DNA of 63,043 nt, counting the filler, from Polymyxa betae A26-41 (Eukaryota > Protista > Endomyxa: Phytomyxea), in assembly GCA_003693705.1 (NCBI GenBank). It is 4 parts of 4 records of this genome, joined end to end, with 100 filler letters (N's around TTAATTAATTAA, not from the genome) between each part and the next. Parts side by side here need not be neighbours in the genome. Positions count along the whole stretch, not along the records: positions 1 to 31,040 come from RBZT01000559.1; positions 31,141 to 51,467 come from RBZT01000343.1; 2 more parts are not named here. One strand, written 5' to 3'. Positions 23,525-35,117 of the stretch are shown piece after piece (position 1 is the stretch's first letter; the number at the start of each line of letters is the position of its first letter). The notes under the pieces were generated by a model. That model did no database searches. It saw only the letters and a list, made by a program, of their open reading frames with translations, and was not told the DNA's origin. The translations under genes were made by a program, and so were the position numbers.

Positions 23525-25210
23525 GCGTTGGTTACGGATGTTGGTAAAGTTCTGCTTTATTCAGTTTCATTTCACGTTGTCTGCGTGCCCTAAGGTCAAA
23601 TCTGTATCAGTCGACCAGTTTTGGATGAGCTCGGATTAAATTTACGTTCGCTATTCCGGGATATTTCGATATCCCATCCCGTTTATGATGTATCGGGCGC
23701 CTCTTGGTCTGCCTCACTCGGTGCTGGTTCGTCACTAGCGGTCAACGCTACATTCCAAGACTTCTTATCCTCCAATTTCGACGACGATACCCCGAGCTCC
23801 TCAGATGATGATACCTTTCAGCCTGGCGGTTCAGACACCGACGATCTTTGTGACGCCGTTGCCGCGATTGTCGGAGCGGCGAATGTTCTCGACGATGATG
23901 GAAAGCATCGTCTGGGTGTATTGCTGATGGAATTTTCTGATGTCTTTCAGATTGGCTTATATAGCAGTCCCCTATGGATTTACAACCTATAACGGTTGAA
24001 CTTCTGCCTGATGCTCGTTCCGTTCGCTGTCCTGCAGGTCGCCATGCCCCGTTGGCTCTTACGTTCCTTATTGAAACTGCTGACGCTCTCGAACGTAACG
24101 GTTGTATTTATCCTAATCTCTCCACTCATTTCGCCTCTCGAGCTAATTCAGCACCGAAATCGTCTCATCCGGGCCAATACCGCCTCAGCGTCGATCTCCG
24201 CCAGATCAATGCTCTCACCAAACAATATCATTGGCCAAACATAGACATTCCTCTATCTCGACTCGCTTGACAGCTTCGCGTGTCTTTTCATCGCTCGACG
24301 CAGATAACGACTATTGGCAGATCCTTCTCGATCCATCGGCGCAACCGATTATTTGTATTATGCATCCTCACTGCGTCTTCTCTTCAACTCGTTCGCTTCA
24401 AGGATCTGTGAACGGCAGAGCTTGGCTCCAATCTGCCATGCATCACGTTTTCGGTCGTCTTGTGGAGCGCTCTATCGAGATCAACGTTGACGATTTGCTG
24501 GTTCATTCCGCTAATGTTTAACAACATTTCTCTACTTCGTGAAGTTTTTTTGCTCGCTCGATGACATCTTGTCCGCTTTCGCAAATCACGTTTATTTCAG
24601 TCTGAGACCAAATTTTGAGGCATGTTATATTCTGCCGACGGCGTCCGCCACGATCCAGCTCGCATTGATGGTATCGTCAATATGACCCACCCCACCACCG
24701 CCGCCGGTCTTATGCAATTTTTATGCTCAATTAACTGGGTGCGCTCTAACATAATGTGTTATAACAGACTCGTGACTCCCCTGCAGGATCTGCTCGCGCA
24801 ATGTCTGGCTCAGACAGCGTGTCGTTCCAGTAAACAAGCCGCTATGATTTGCCTGGCCGCTTTAAACCCTAGTTGCCAGTGATAATTCCCCGCGCGCTCG
24901 TCGCTCGATGTTGTCAGTCCGATGCACCGGGCCATACCGCAATGCAGCGGTTCTCAATGAGTGGCACTTCTGGCTGGAAGATATTGTCCCTGGCGGGACC
25001 GTCGAGGCACACGTGACCAGTATCAAGCTCTATCACGACCGGTCTTTCAACGAGACCAAAGAGTTAAAATCGTATGTATCGTTTCAGATGCGTTTTATTG
25101 TGAGCCAGCTTCTTCATGTTCGGCTCGATGATGGCAACTGGCAGATTTTGGTCAAAGTGGCCGGTTTCCCGGATGACGAAAACACATGGGAACCTGCAGA
25201 TATACTAAAT
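23525..25210 (+). pseudogene. Gypsy A pol remnant (protease end, RT, internal deletion of RNase H and most of the integrase, chromodomain)
   Basis: ISRPVLDELGL; YRLSVDLRQIN; SLDADNDYWQ; EINVDDLL; GVRHDPARI; GPYR; ILVKVAGFPDDENTWEP. Confidence 0.88.
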
Positions 25211-25851
25211 GTGTCCGCAAATGTGACAGATCTTTGCAGTTGTCAGTATATGTAACAGATCTTTGCAAATGTCTGTCAGATCACCCAGTCACACATAAAA
25301 ATCGCTGAAGACACAGATATATTTTTTGAAAATATGGGTCTCTTCCTGTTGAATTGTTAATCAATCAGCTAATGGAATCTGTAAACCGGTTATATTAATC
25401 ACCTCTGGGAGCAGAACGCTGGCCTTCACCTAATCCATAACTTCTCTTGCTGTCAAGGAGAACTCCTTGGAGCTCGCTCGGAGTTCCCAACTGCCTGAAA
25501 ATATACAGCACTTAATTCTGGGAACAGATCAAGTTCAATTTCCAAAGAAATCTTAAAGCTACAGAAAAGGGATTAATTCAGAAGTCCGTGAATCTGTTTG
25601 GAGGTCGTTTTAGTGGGCGTCGAAAAAAGTTCGACAGATCTTTGGCTATGACTGACAGCATTCGGAGGCTCCAGCAGGACTTTAGGCTCAAAGGTCTGCG
25701 ACTCGAAGACTTTCAGAGCCTTTTACGGACACCTTTACTCATTGAAGACGTTCAAGATCTCGTCATGCTGTTCGCTCGCATTCGTCTTGCTGTTCCTGAC
25801 GTCCGTCAGATGTCGGACAACCTAGCCCTCCTCTAGCTCCGTAGGGGGAGG

Positions 25852-25988
25852 TGTCGCTCGTAAGGCGTTGCCTACGCCGACTCACGCAGTTTTCCGTTTT
25901 GGTGTTCCATTGGTATCAAGATAATACACCTCAGAGTGTTAGAACCTTACCTTCCTGCCTTGTCCTCTGTCCTTTCACAGGGACCACA
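25852..25988 (+). repeat. 3' LTR of Gypsy A
   Basis: Follows PPT AGGGGGAGG; ends GGGACCACA then TSD GTTAC. Confidence 0.9.
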
Positions 25989-26479
25989 GTTACTCCGGTA
26001 CTTCCGGTTCTAACAGTCGCTATTCAGGAACCATCCCAGACCTCCCTCTTTGTTACAAGAGGAGGCATTACCGATACTACTGGAAAATACCGTCGTGATA
26101 AGGGAACCAAGAGGTGGCATTACAGATACTACAAGTATTGTCGTTTTCAAAACATTTTTCCAGAGGCCCTACAATGGTACCCCAATAAAGAAGCTGCGTG
26201 TCCCATGAAAAAGGTGCGAGACCCGATCTACTGATGCCAAAAGATCGCTTTAAGAGCATGCTCCTGACTGTAGGTTTGACTGCAAACTAGTCATAATGAC
26301 GGTTTTAATGTTATACTCGGCACCATTTAAACTAATCCTGCCTTTTTAGAACCTTTGTGAGGAGGGTCAGAACTGAGAGGTTGTCGTAGGCAATCTGGGT
26401 CCGCGACAATCAAGGGTTCCTCTTCTGTTGCAGCGGTAATAGATGCCGAGCGAAGACATGAGCTGGCTTTGCCAGGTGC

Positions 26480-27390
26480 TACATTACGTTTATGGAACAC
26501 ATTTGGCAAATTGTTCGGTGATTTTGGGACCCTATGAAAAAAGTACATAAGGATGGAACCGAAACTTCGAGCAAGCCGGAGACGTTTATTTCTAGGTGGC
26601 CCAGGCAACGACCGCTCGTTGGGACGAAGACGTTGATCGCCAATGTAGAAGACTACATTGAACAAAATCCGAATCTCTATACTCAGAGCTACAGAACGAA
26701 CTTTGCAACAAGAATGCCGGGCCCTTCGGCACGATTTGAAAATCACCAGAAAGGTGTTGGAGAAAAGGGCCAGCGAAAGTACTCCTGAGCAGCTGAAAGC
26801 TTTTTTATTGCAAAACTTCGACCGACTTATTCATTTCCAGAGCAGTTGGTGTCTATCGACGAGAGCAGTGAGAAAGGCCAAGATTGTCTACGCCGACATT
26901 AATAGTCTCGTATGAGCACTCCAGCGCTTGTTCATCAGCTTTTGCAAAAAGGTGCGCGAGTGTCATTTGCATGGGAGACTGCTTCGGACACTTTCACTCG
27001 ACAGAACTTCCATACGCCTTTTTTACGTTCAATAAGTCAATTTTTACAGCCCTGGCCGATGCTCAGAATCAGTGACACTGGACAATGCAACAATCCACCC
27101 GTATTGTGAACTGGAAGACGCCATTCACAAATGTGGAGCCATCATGGTTTATTTCCCGCCATATTTACCGCAATTATCCAGCTGAAAAGAGGGTCTGCGT
27201 TGCTGAAACAATAACTGACCAAATGCAGAACAGGTGTTCCGACTGTTCCCGGATCTGGGTTTTCAGACAACGATGCCTCTCTGCACGCGATTTCGCAACG
27301 AAGGACTTAAATTTTATGCTTCAAGTGGATCTTGAGAAGACCAAATTTCAGTCGTGATCTACTTGTAAATGTGGCCAAGTACCTGAGATT
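26480..27390 (+). pseudogene. Second IS630/Tc1-like (DDE_3) transposase, heavily degraded
   Basis: VEDYIEQNPNLY, RALRHDLKITRKVLEKRA, EQLVSIDESS and VTLDNATIH in shifting frames. Confidence 0.75.
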
Positions 27391-27549
27391 GCGCTGAGAG
27401 CATCCAGCCGACTATTTCTTGGAATTCCATAAACCCCATTCGAAGCACTTTTTTGAAACCTCAGGAAGCTGCGGTCTTTTAACTAAAACCCATTATTATT
27501 TGTAATTTATTTTTAAACACCTAAAACAGCACCAAAAACCAGAACCAAA

Positions 27550-28393
27550 CGTTTTAGAAGCCGTTTTGCAACGATTCGCAGGATTCGGAATCCCCATAAG
27601 AGATATCGGGAGGGACAGTAAGAGTAAACACCATTACAGATGGATATGTTCCCTTCGTGCTGTTGATGACCCGCTTTTCCATTGAAGGAAGCATATTTTT
27701 CGAAAATGGAATACTGAGCGAGAGAGTTTCTGCTTTACCTCAAAAATATTGCAGAGTTGCTCTTGACTCGGAGCAGGATAAAATACTATTTTTGTCACTG
27801 GGTTTAATGTAGAAATCTGGGTCCATCACTTTCTGGGAATACTTAACAATCAAGCTATGCCATGAACAGAGACTGCCGCGGTTACCGAGTAGCTTGAGGT
27901 AATGTTCAAGAACACCGTTGCACGCGTTCCATCTGCCCACCACACTGTTTCGAAAGGTCTCATGTAAAATTGAAACCCATTTTGACGACCCCGAAGAGGG
28001 GTGTTTTAGTCGGTAACATTATTGTCCTTTTTCCTCTCCTCGACATCGGAGCTGAAGATTTTCAAATCACGCTTATGATTCATAATCAATGGCGTAATTT
28101 CTTCCTCCCCATCTCCGGCAACAATCTCATGCGCAGCCGCTATGAAGTGTCAAAAATATTATAGAAATGCCGAAAAAAGGTGCATATCACCATTGTCGGA
28201 TCGGTTAGATCGACATTGGCGTATCTTTCTCCCCGGTAGCGCAGAATAACGCAAACAGGGCATGATACGCTTTTACTTGTTTCCGGTGATCGTCTTGCCA
28301 TCAATGACATCCTTAAGCTCTTCTAAGATTGCGGGCAGGCGTTTGTCGTGCTCGGCCGTCAATGGCGAGACTTTGTTAGACTTCTTTGGACAT
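27550..28393 (-). pseudogene. Unknown degraded gene convergent with the second Tc1-like transposase
   Basis: Protein-like fragments PKKSNKVSPLTAEHDKRLPAILEELKDVI, WNACNGVLEHYLKLL and KGTYPSVMVFTL. Confidence 0.35.
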
Positions 28394-28415
28394 GATTTAT
28401 AGTACGAACTCAGAA

Positions 28416-29727
28416 GTTTGAATGGCCGCTGTTAAATTGACCTACGATTGACCTACGCACAGCAATTGATCAACTCCGGGCGCAGTTTTGCTGTACCTAC
28501 AATTGACCTATTATCTTGAAAATGACCTAATTGCTCTATTTTTATATAAATGACCTAAATTTGACCTGCAATACCGACATTTTACTGCGACCTAAAATTG
28601 TCCTACGGCCCCCATTTGACCTACAAATTGACCTATAAAACCTAATAGCTGGGTTTACACTACAAATCTCGACAAAATTTTCTATATTGACTGCTGGTTG
28701 TAGTTCAAACATTTTGTATTGGAAAGATAGACAGCACACACTGTGTAGTGAGGCTGTCTCACATTGAAGACAAATAGAACAACTGAGTCAATCGATGCTN
28801 NNNNNNGACAGGGGGAGACCCGAAAGGGCCAAATCGCCGCTGGAGGCCCAGTGGTGGCGGAAACTGCGTGAGTCACCGTCCGGCCTCCGGAAGCCCGGAA
28901 CTACCCTGGCCGGCCTGGACGAGACCTTGGGGCCTGGAATCTAATTCTACTAAATCATAATTCAATTGTGCTCTCAACTGTAAAGCCTTTGTTCACGTAG
29001 GAGACAAACGACACCACAAAATAATGTATTGAAAGCTTATGTTGAGGTTAGGCAAGTATGCGGGTCAAACATCCGATGTCTTTCAAGCAAATCCTATCAT
29101 CGGCTTCTGTCGAGGTCAGTTAAGATAATTAGAAGTGCTGTTCCTTGTATATACCGCAGGGTAGACACCAAGCACTGTATTTTGATTGGCGCAGGCCTCT
29201 TCGTGTACCCTTGAACGGTCAATCTGAGACTGCGTCTTTGAAGAATGGAAGTCGGCCTTTGTGGAAATTCAAAATTCAGTCAAAGATCTGTCATATGCTC
29301 AAACGATTAGATACTCGATCTTCGAAAAAGCTCGTGATCCACAAATTGTGCAGTCATAGGGTCCTGCCCTAACATTGGTGCTTCAAAAATATTTGAAACA
29401 TTACATAATGAACAAACGCAACAGCGCCTGATAACAATGAAAGTATACGTGCCAGTGAAATCCGATCCTAAGCTGAAAAATTCACTTAGAATTGATCTGC
29501 AAATTGATTCATAGAAGCGGTAGGTTTTGGGTTTGTAGGTCAATTTGTAGGTCAAAATGGTGAGGGTAGGTCAATGTGTAGGACGCAGTAAAATGTCCGG
29601 AATGTAGGACAAAATTATGTCGTTTTCAAGAAAGTAGGTCAATTTGTAGATAAAAACTGCGGACGGAGTTGATCAATTGTTGTGCGTAGGTCAATCGTAG
29701 GTCATTTTAAATCCTCCCGTTTAAACG
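28416..29727. mobile_element. Element bounded by ~200-bp imperfect inverted repeats built from TTGACCTAC units (Mutator/foldback-like)
   Basis: TGACCTACGATTGACCTACGCACAGCAATTGATCAACTCCG (from ~28438) is the near reverse complement of ~29664-29705; arrays of TTGACCTA and TAGGTCAA. Confidence 0.8.
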
Positions 29728-30179
29728 TGCATCAATTACCCGCCAACTCTCCATGACTGCATGCGCAACGAAATTCTGCTCACACCAACTGCAACCGAGC
29801 CGCATAAAGGAAACCCGTCCAACCGAAAGAACCAGTCTCAAAATTTTACCTTAAATTGCTAATTCCAAAATCTCGTAACTGAGAACAGCTAGGCAAAATC
29901 GAACAAAGCGACTGTATATGCAAGAGCCAAAACGCAGTTTTTTCATTATTTTCGGTTGTTCTGCGGAACTGTTTTTTGTGAAACGTTAATATTATCATTC
30001 TCAGACGTCCATGCAGCGCTATATTGCTTGCGGCTGAAATGGTCAAGCTCTGTGCTCAGTAGCAATCAGTTTCTGCACAATTTTTTTTGGAAACCGAAAA
30101 AACCGGATTTTCCAGTTTTTCCAGTCTCATGTTCGAGCACCAACAAGTGCGCACACGCACTTTTTGTCCATTCATGATG

Positions 30180-30740
30180 TCCTCTGTGAACGAAGCCAAA
30201 TGGTTTTGTGAATACGTCTCCGAAATCATAGGGGCTGCAGCATCATCGTTCCGAACAGTATCATGGAAGAGGAAATGGAAAGCCCATTTCGGGATAAGTA
30301 TCAGGGCTTGCTTGCGGGTATGGTCCGATGTCCGAAATTCCGACAAGTACATGCGCCGAGAGCACATTCTAATGGGACTAAATTTTCTACAATGTTACCG
30401 ACCCGAGGAAGTTGCTTGTCAAGTATTGAAGTTGTCAGCAAAGAATAATAGAATAATAGGAAATGGGTTTGGTTTGTAGTTGAGCAAATGTCGGCACAAG
30501 ATTACGTAATAAATTTTGCTTTTAAATGATTGGTTTTTCGTTGACTGTTAAAGATTCAGATTTTTTGGTAAGACCGGTGGGAAAATTGGAGCCAGTTAGT
30601 GCCATCCTGTACTCTCGATGGGACCGATTTATGGATGTTTGAACAAGCAGTATTTGACAAAAACGACATGTCGCACAAGTTCAAGCATGCAGGGCTGCGT
30701 TATGAGGTGGGTCTTGCTATGGGCGTTAGCAAAATAGAAT
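30180..30740 (+). pseudogene. Harbinger-superfamily (DDE_Tnp_4) transposase N-terminal part, truncated
   Basis: WKAHFG...HILMGLNFL..Y..E, CTLDGTD and MSHKFKHAGLRYEVGLA. Confidence 0.75.
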
Positions 30741-31040
30741 AAGGATGGTTTATTAGTTAATAAAAAGGGCCAGGTCATAATTCCTGATGATGATAATGAT
30801 CTGAAGATTAGGCTCTGTGTAATCGCTCACAGTGGTGGAAATAGTGGCCATTTAGGGTACAGAGCAACAGTGGAGAAACTTACGCAGTTTTTCTACTGGG
30901 GGAATTGCGTCGATGATGTTCGACGACTGTGCAAAGCGTGTCTACACTGTCTGCCAACTAGGGGAGGTATGAGAGAGCCACGGCCTTTTGGTACCGCGGT
31001 TCACGGGCAGAGGCCGAATGAGGTTCTGCATATGGACTGG
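30740..31040 (+). mobile_element. Ty3/Gypsy integrase zinc-finger fragment (third copy or family)
   Basis: RLCVIAHSGGNSGHLGY...FYW...CKACLHCLPT...PRPFG...PNEVLHMDW; runs into the gap. Confidence 0.88.
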
Positions 31041-31140
31041 NNNNNNNNNNNNNNNNNNNNNNNNNNNNNNNNNNNNNNNNNNNNTTAATTAATTAANNNN
31101 NNNNNNNNNNNNNNNNNNNNNNNNNNNNNNNNNNNNNNNN
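31041..31140. other. Artificial contig linker (N run with TTAATTAATTAA)
   Basis: All-frame-stop linker inside a 100-bp N block. Confidence 0.9.
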
Positions 31141-32403
31141 ATCGATGTCATCCATGCTAATGCCAGCTTGATTTCTGCATGTATGACACAGATTCTAAAC
31201 TGTCTCGCGGCATTCAGTCAGCTCAAAACCAGCAATCATGAGAAGCGAGCTAATGCTGGATCGTCAATGGCCAGGCTCCGATCGAATTCCTCGCATACAA
31301 CTAAACATAATTCGGTGAAGATTACCTTCATAATGGTTCAAGATGCCTGTCTTCAATGAAACTCATTCATCTCACTAACGCGCTGGATGATGTTGAGGGC
31401 GAATGCGGTCTAAATCGTCGATCCAGCCAATATTGATTCTAAGCGACTCTGCAGGTTCGTGATGAAAAAAGACTTACCTTACCTTTACTCGACCGTCGCG
31501 ATAATGATGAAGAATTTAACATTCAGAAATCTGAGCAGGATGGCAACAAGTGACTCCTTCAATCGAAGCCCGACGATCACAGATGTTCGAGAACAGAAGG
31601 CGCTTTTTCAAAGTTACAGGGCATGCTCTCTTCCATATTTGAGAAAAGAACGCTTTCTTTGGTTAAATCCATAGCAGACCATATTATTTAGGCAGCCTGC
31701 TGAAGGGAAAGCGCACACTATCTGAGCATTTTACATCTCGAGGAACTGCAGCAAAAGAAGAGCTCGAGGTAAGAGGCCTTTGCTATATTCCATCCTGTTC
31801 TGACTAGGATTGTTAGAATAGTCTCCTGGTTCTCGGATCCGTCGTTATCGTCATGGTCTGGAGTGACTTCCACGACTTTTGTCGGGGTTTCACTATTGCT
31901 TTCGAAGATATTTGGGTGTGCTTCATGCAATGTCTCCTTCTAAAGCCGGCTGCCATAGGCCGCTATCTCCATGGTTTGGTTTTCAGAAACCGATGTGTCT
32001 TCGAACAATTGCGAAGCTTTCTTGGAGATTGCTGTGTGTATATCGGGACCTGGATCTATTGCCAAGCATGCCGACGAATTGGACTTCCAGGTGGCAACGA
32101 TCGAGAACCTCTTTCTTCTGATGGTAATGATTCTGCTCTGAGCGACTTCAAGTTAGCCGAAACGAGACAAGCTGCTGACTATACACATCTGCTAATGCCT
32201 GCAGCCGAAATGTTCTATGCAGCTCAGAATGGCATAGCTTTTATTAAAGCAAAAAGGTTCGACTTGCTCGCACTAACCTTTTTGGACTGTTTATCATAAT
32301 CGAATCGATAACTGGAGGCGTTGGCGAAACATGTGGTGCTCATCGCGGCCGGCCTCATCCATCGAGAGACAATCAGCTTTGACCGACCATACCATATTAC
32401 ATC

Positions 32404-32955
32404 ATGATGATCAAGGTGGAGCCCTGGCCGCGGTTCACCCAGCTCTGGATCGCTGACGCCGTCATCGGCATCGCTGCCGTCTCTATCATGTCGACATCGT
32501 CGATCTCGATACAATATGGGCTAGGCTGCGGCCTCCTTCTCATATTTGGTGCTGGCGCCTTCGCTCTCTACATTCTCGCTCTTATCAGCGTGGCTCGTAA
32601 TGATACTTGTATGTAAATGCGAGCTTGAGGAAAAATCTCTCTGACATAGTTTCAAGGTGAACAACACCGGACGCTGTTCCTGATTCCAACGACATGGATC
32701 CCGATCATGCTGGAGTCAATAGGCGTTCTGCTGAATAGATACGTGGAGACTGTTTCGGGTTGCTATATGGGGCTGGCGCTAGTATGGGCTGGCATATCGA
32801 CCTATGTTGTATCAGTGTCTTTCTTGATGATTATGATAATTTGCTGGTTGCTCTGGCGCAACCCGATCGACGAAGACAAAACCGTTGCTTTGCTCTCTGA
32901 TGGCGACGGCTTGCAAGCTTGTGTTCAAGATAGGGAGTGCCTTCTATCTGTATAA
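32404..32955 (+). CDS. Small multi-pass membrane protein (two visible exons; may extend upstream)
   Basis: Hydrophobic ORFs 32404-32616 and 32707-32955 separated by a probable GT-AG intron near 32610-32656. Confidence 0.45.
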
Positions 32956-32999
32956 TAAAGCCGGTATCTAACCAATACAGTCTGCAAGAGAGTGTAGTT

Positions 33000-34270
33000 C
33001 CTATCGCTATGAGAGGTTGGTCTGACTCCAGATAACTTATTTGAAGGGCTTTGGGGGTCTCGCTGAGAAGATAACTCCTGGTTCCCTCGGTAGCACATCT
33101 CATTGCATTGACTATCCGGGCCTCAATGGGTCCGAAAAATCATTTGCATAGCCTCCACCCCCAGACCAATAATTCGCCTCGGTGTTATCTCCTGCTGCTG
33201 CCAGAATTTCCATATTTCTAGGCACTGGAACCGTTTCTAAGTAGGCTTTTGTCTGTTTGTTCTTCTATCCCACCTCAAATGGTATTCAGCATGGCAAAGG
33301 GAACTACTGCCATTGACCTTTCGGGCGGTATTGTTGCAGATGAGCTTGCATTACCAGTATCTTCGACATTCAAATCGCAATGATTACTGTGGCTTCGGCT
33401 AAATATTCGAACTGTTTTATTTGAAAAAGGCTGTCGGAATGTCTGATCACTCCTGTATCGGATGGTTGACAAGTCAGACGAGTTTCAGCCCAGCGGACTG
33501 AGCGGAGGGACCTACGCATTGAAGGACAGCCATTGGTTGGCACAATCGTACAGGAAGTTGAACCCGAAAACAATTGATTCGATCTCATGTGGTCTCCCAG
33601 CTTCTATCATGTATACTGCATATTGAAACGGGGCATCCATGTTTGTAAGCTTTTTGCAGCAGCTTCTCATAAGGTTTGGTTTGCTTCCATAGAGCTTTAT
33701 TTAAATCTGTTATCGGCAGAGATTCTCGTTGCTCCGTTAGATGAGCACGATATCACTGACGGATTGTAAAATTTTTGCGGTGACGTTTTCAGCGGTTACC
33801 ATGATTTTGGAAGCGAGTACAGGACGATTTCCAGACGAGATCAGCATTAGTTTGAAATAAACCTTTCGTCTAGTTCAGGTGGATTCAAACAGTCTTCAAA
33901 TCTCGGATATGGATCTCATACTTCAGTAAACAGCTCTTAACATTATCGTTAAGCCAAGGAACGCGCCGTACCTAAATATGGATGCTGGAACTCTTTAAAA
34001 GCTAAGCGTAGCTGACTTTTGCTTGGTGGAAAAATGGTAATTCTGTAGCGGTGCAAATTTTGGCAAAATATTTGTCATATCGTTCGAACATTAGCGTTTC
34101 TTGACCAGTAGCATCTGTACGCAAAGAGGCGCAATAACCATCTTTTTCTGATAAACGCTTCTACAAAGTCAAGCGGATCAATTCGAAGAATGTCACTTGC
34201 ACAAATACGTAGCAATGGCACTCGACATCCCGGATGTGAGCATGACCGATGAAATGTTGATAGCCTTCTG
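33000..34270 (-). CDS. Unknown multi-exon gene
   Basis: Protein-like segments (CSHPGCRVPLLRICASDILRIDPLDF; ETLMFERYDKYFAKIC) separated by short intron-like gaps. Confidence 0.3.
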
Positions 34271-34625
34271 CTTAGAAATTGTAATCAACATCGAGTTTTC
34301 TCTCGAAGAAACCCCATTGGAATAGCTTTTCCGGTAAAAAGTTGTTAAAACGGTCGGCCATCGTTGGCTTTAAAAACGCGTTATGCTGGATTGTATTGCT
34401 GTTCATGGGATGTGTTGGATTCTAGCAACCACTTTCTTTCTATCGTTAAAGCAAGCTACCGTATGGAAATGTTGCTTCTTGGTAGAAGAAGCCAACAGAC
34501 TCCTCTTTGACCGGAGGCCGCGCCCCACTGCGCTGTTTGAGGCCTTCGATCTTTTTAGACAGAGAGACATTCAGGTTTAATTCAGACCTCCTCTGTATTA
34601 GTTCGTCGGTCTAGTTGACATCATC

Positions 34626-35043
34626 ATGGGTCGCCGATCTACCATGTCCTTCGCTGAAGAGCCGGTCAATTACGTGCTGAACCCTCTGCGAGGATTCGCT
34701 ATCGACTCGTACCGCCTGATCGTTAAATGTCAGAAGCCTGATGCCAAGGGTATGAAATTGCCTTCCAGTGGCTTTGATCGTCGTCTTTGTTTTTGCTTTT
34801 AAAACGCTTTGCTTCGTTTAGTTTATTGATTCATTCCATTATTATGGGCAGTGATATTCGAGATCGTCTTTGCTATCATTTGCTTTTTCTTGCAACGCGA
34901 AGCATGTGTTGATCCTTGTTTTAGAATTCAAGAAAATCGCATTGGCCACATCGGTCGGCTTTCTGGTAATGGGATTTACCGGATTTTTTATCAAGCTGAT
35001 CCACATCCCGATCAACAACATCCTGGTCGGAAGTGGCGCCTAA
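34626..35043 (+). CDS. SEC61G: Protein translocon subunit Sec61 gamma
   Basis: Exon 1 (34626 or 34644 to 34749) [22 protein letters not shown]; intron 34750-34924; exon 2 [36 protein letters not shown]. Confidence 0.96.
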
Positions 35044-35117
35044 GTCCATTGAGCAACAACATTCCTATATAAAGGATACTCTGCGATACATTGAGGCTGA
35101 AACTGTGTACAATAGAT

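Larger units (their letters stand above)
13204..25988 (+). mobile_element. Ty3/Gypsy chromodomain LTR retrotransposon A (degraded, hosts nested elements)
   Basis: LTRs 13204-13339 and 25852-25988 (TG...CA), 5-bp TSD GTTAC (13199-13203 and 25989-25993), PPT AGGGGGAGG before the 3' LTR, and gag/PR/RT/chromodomain relics. Confidence 0.92.

Noticed and set aside
27396-27410. Additional PIF TIR (GAGCATCCAG)
   Set aside because: Only a partial match, with no TTA/TAA target and no partner end.
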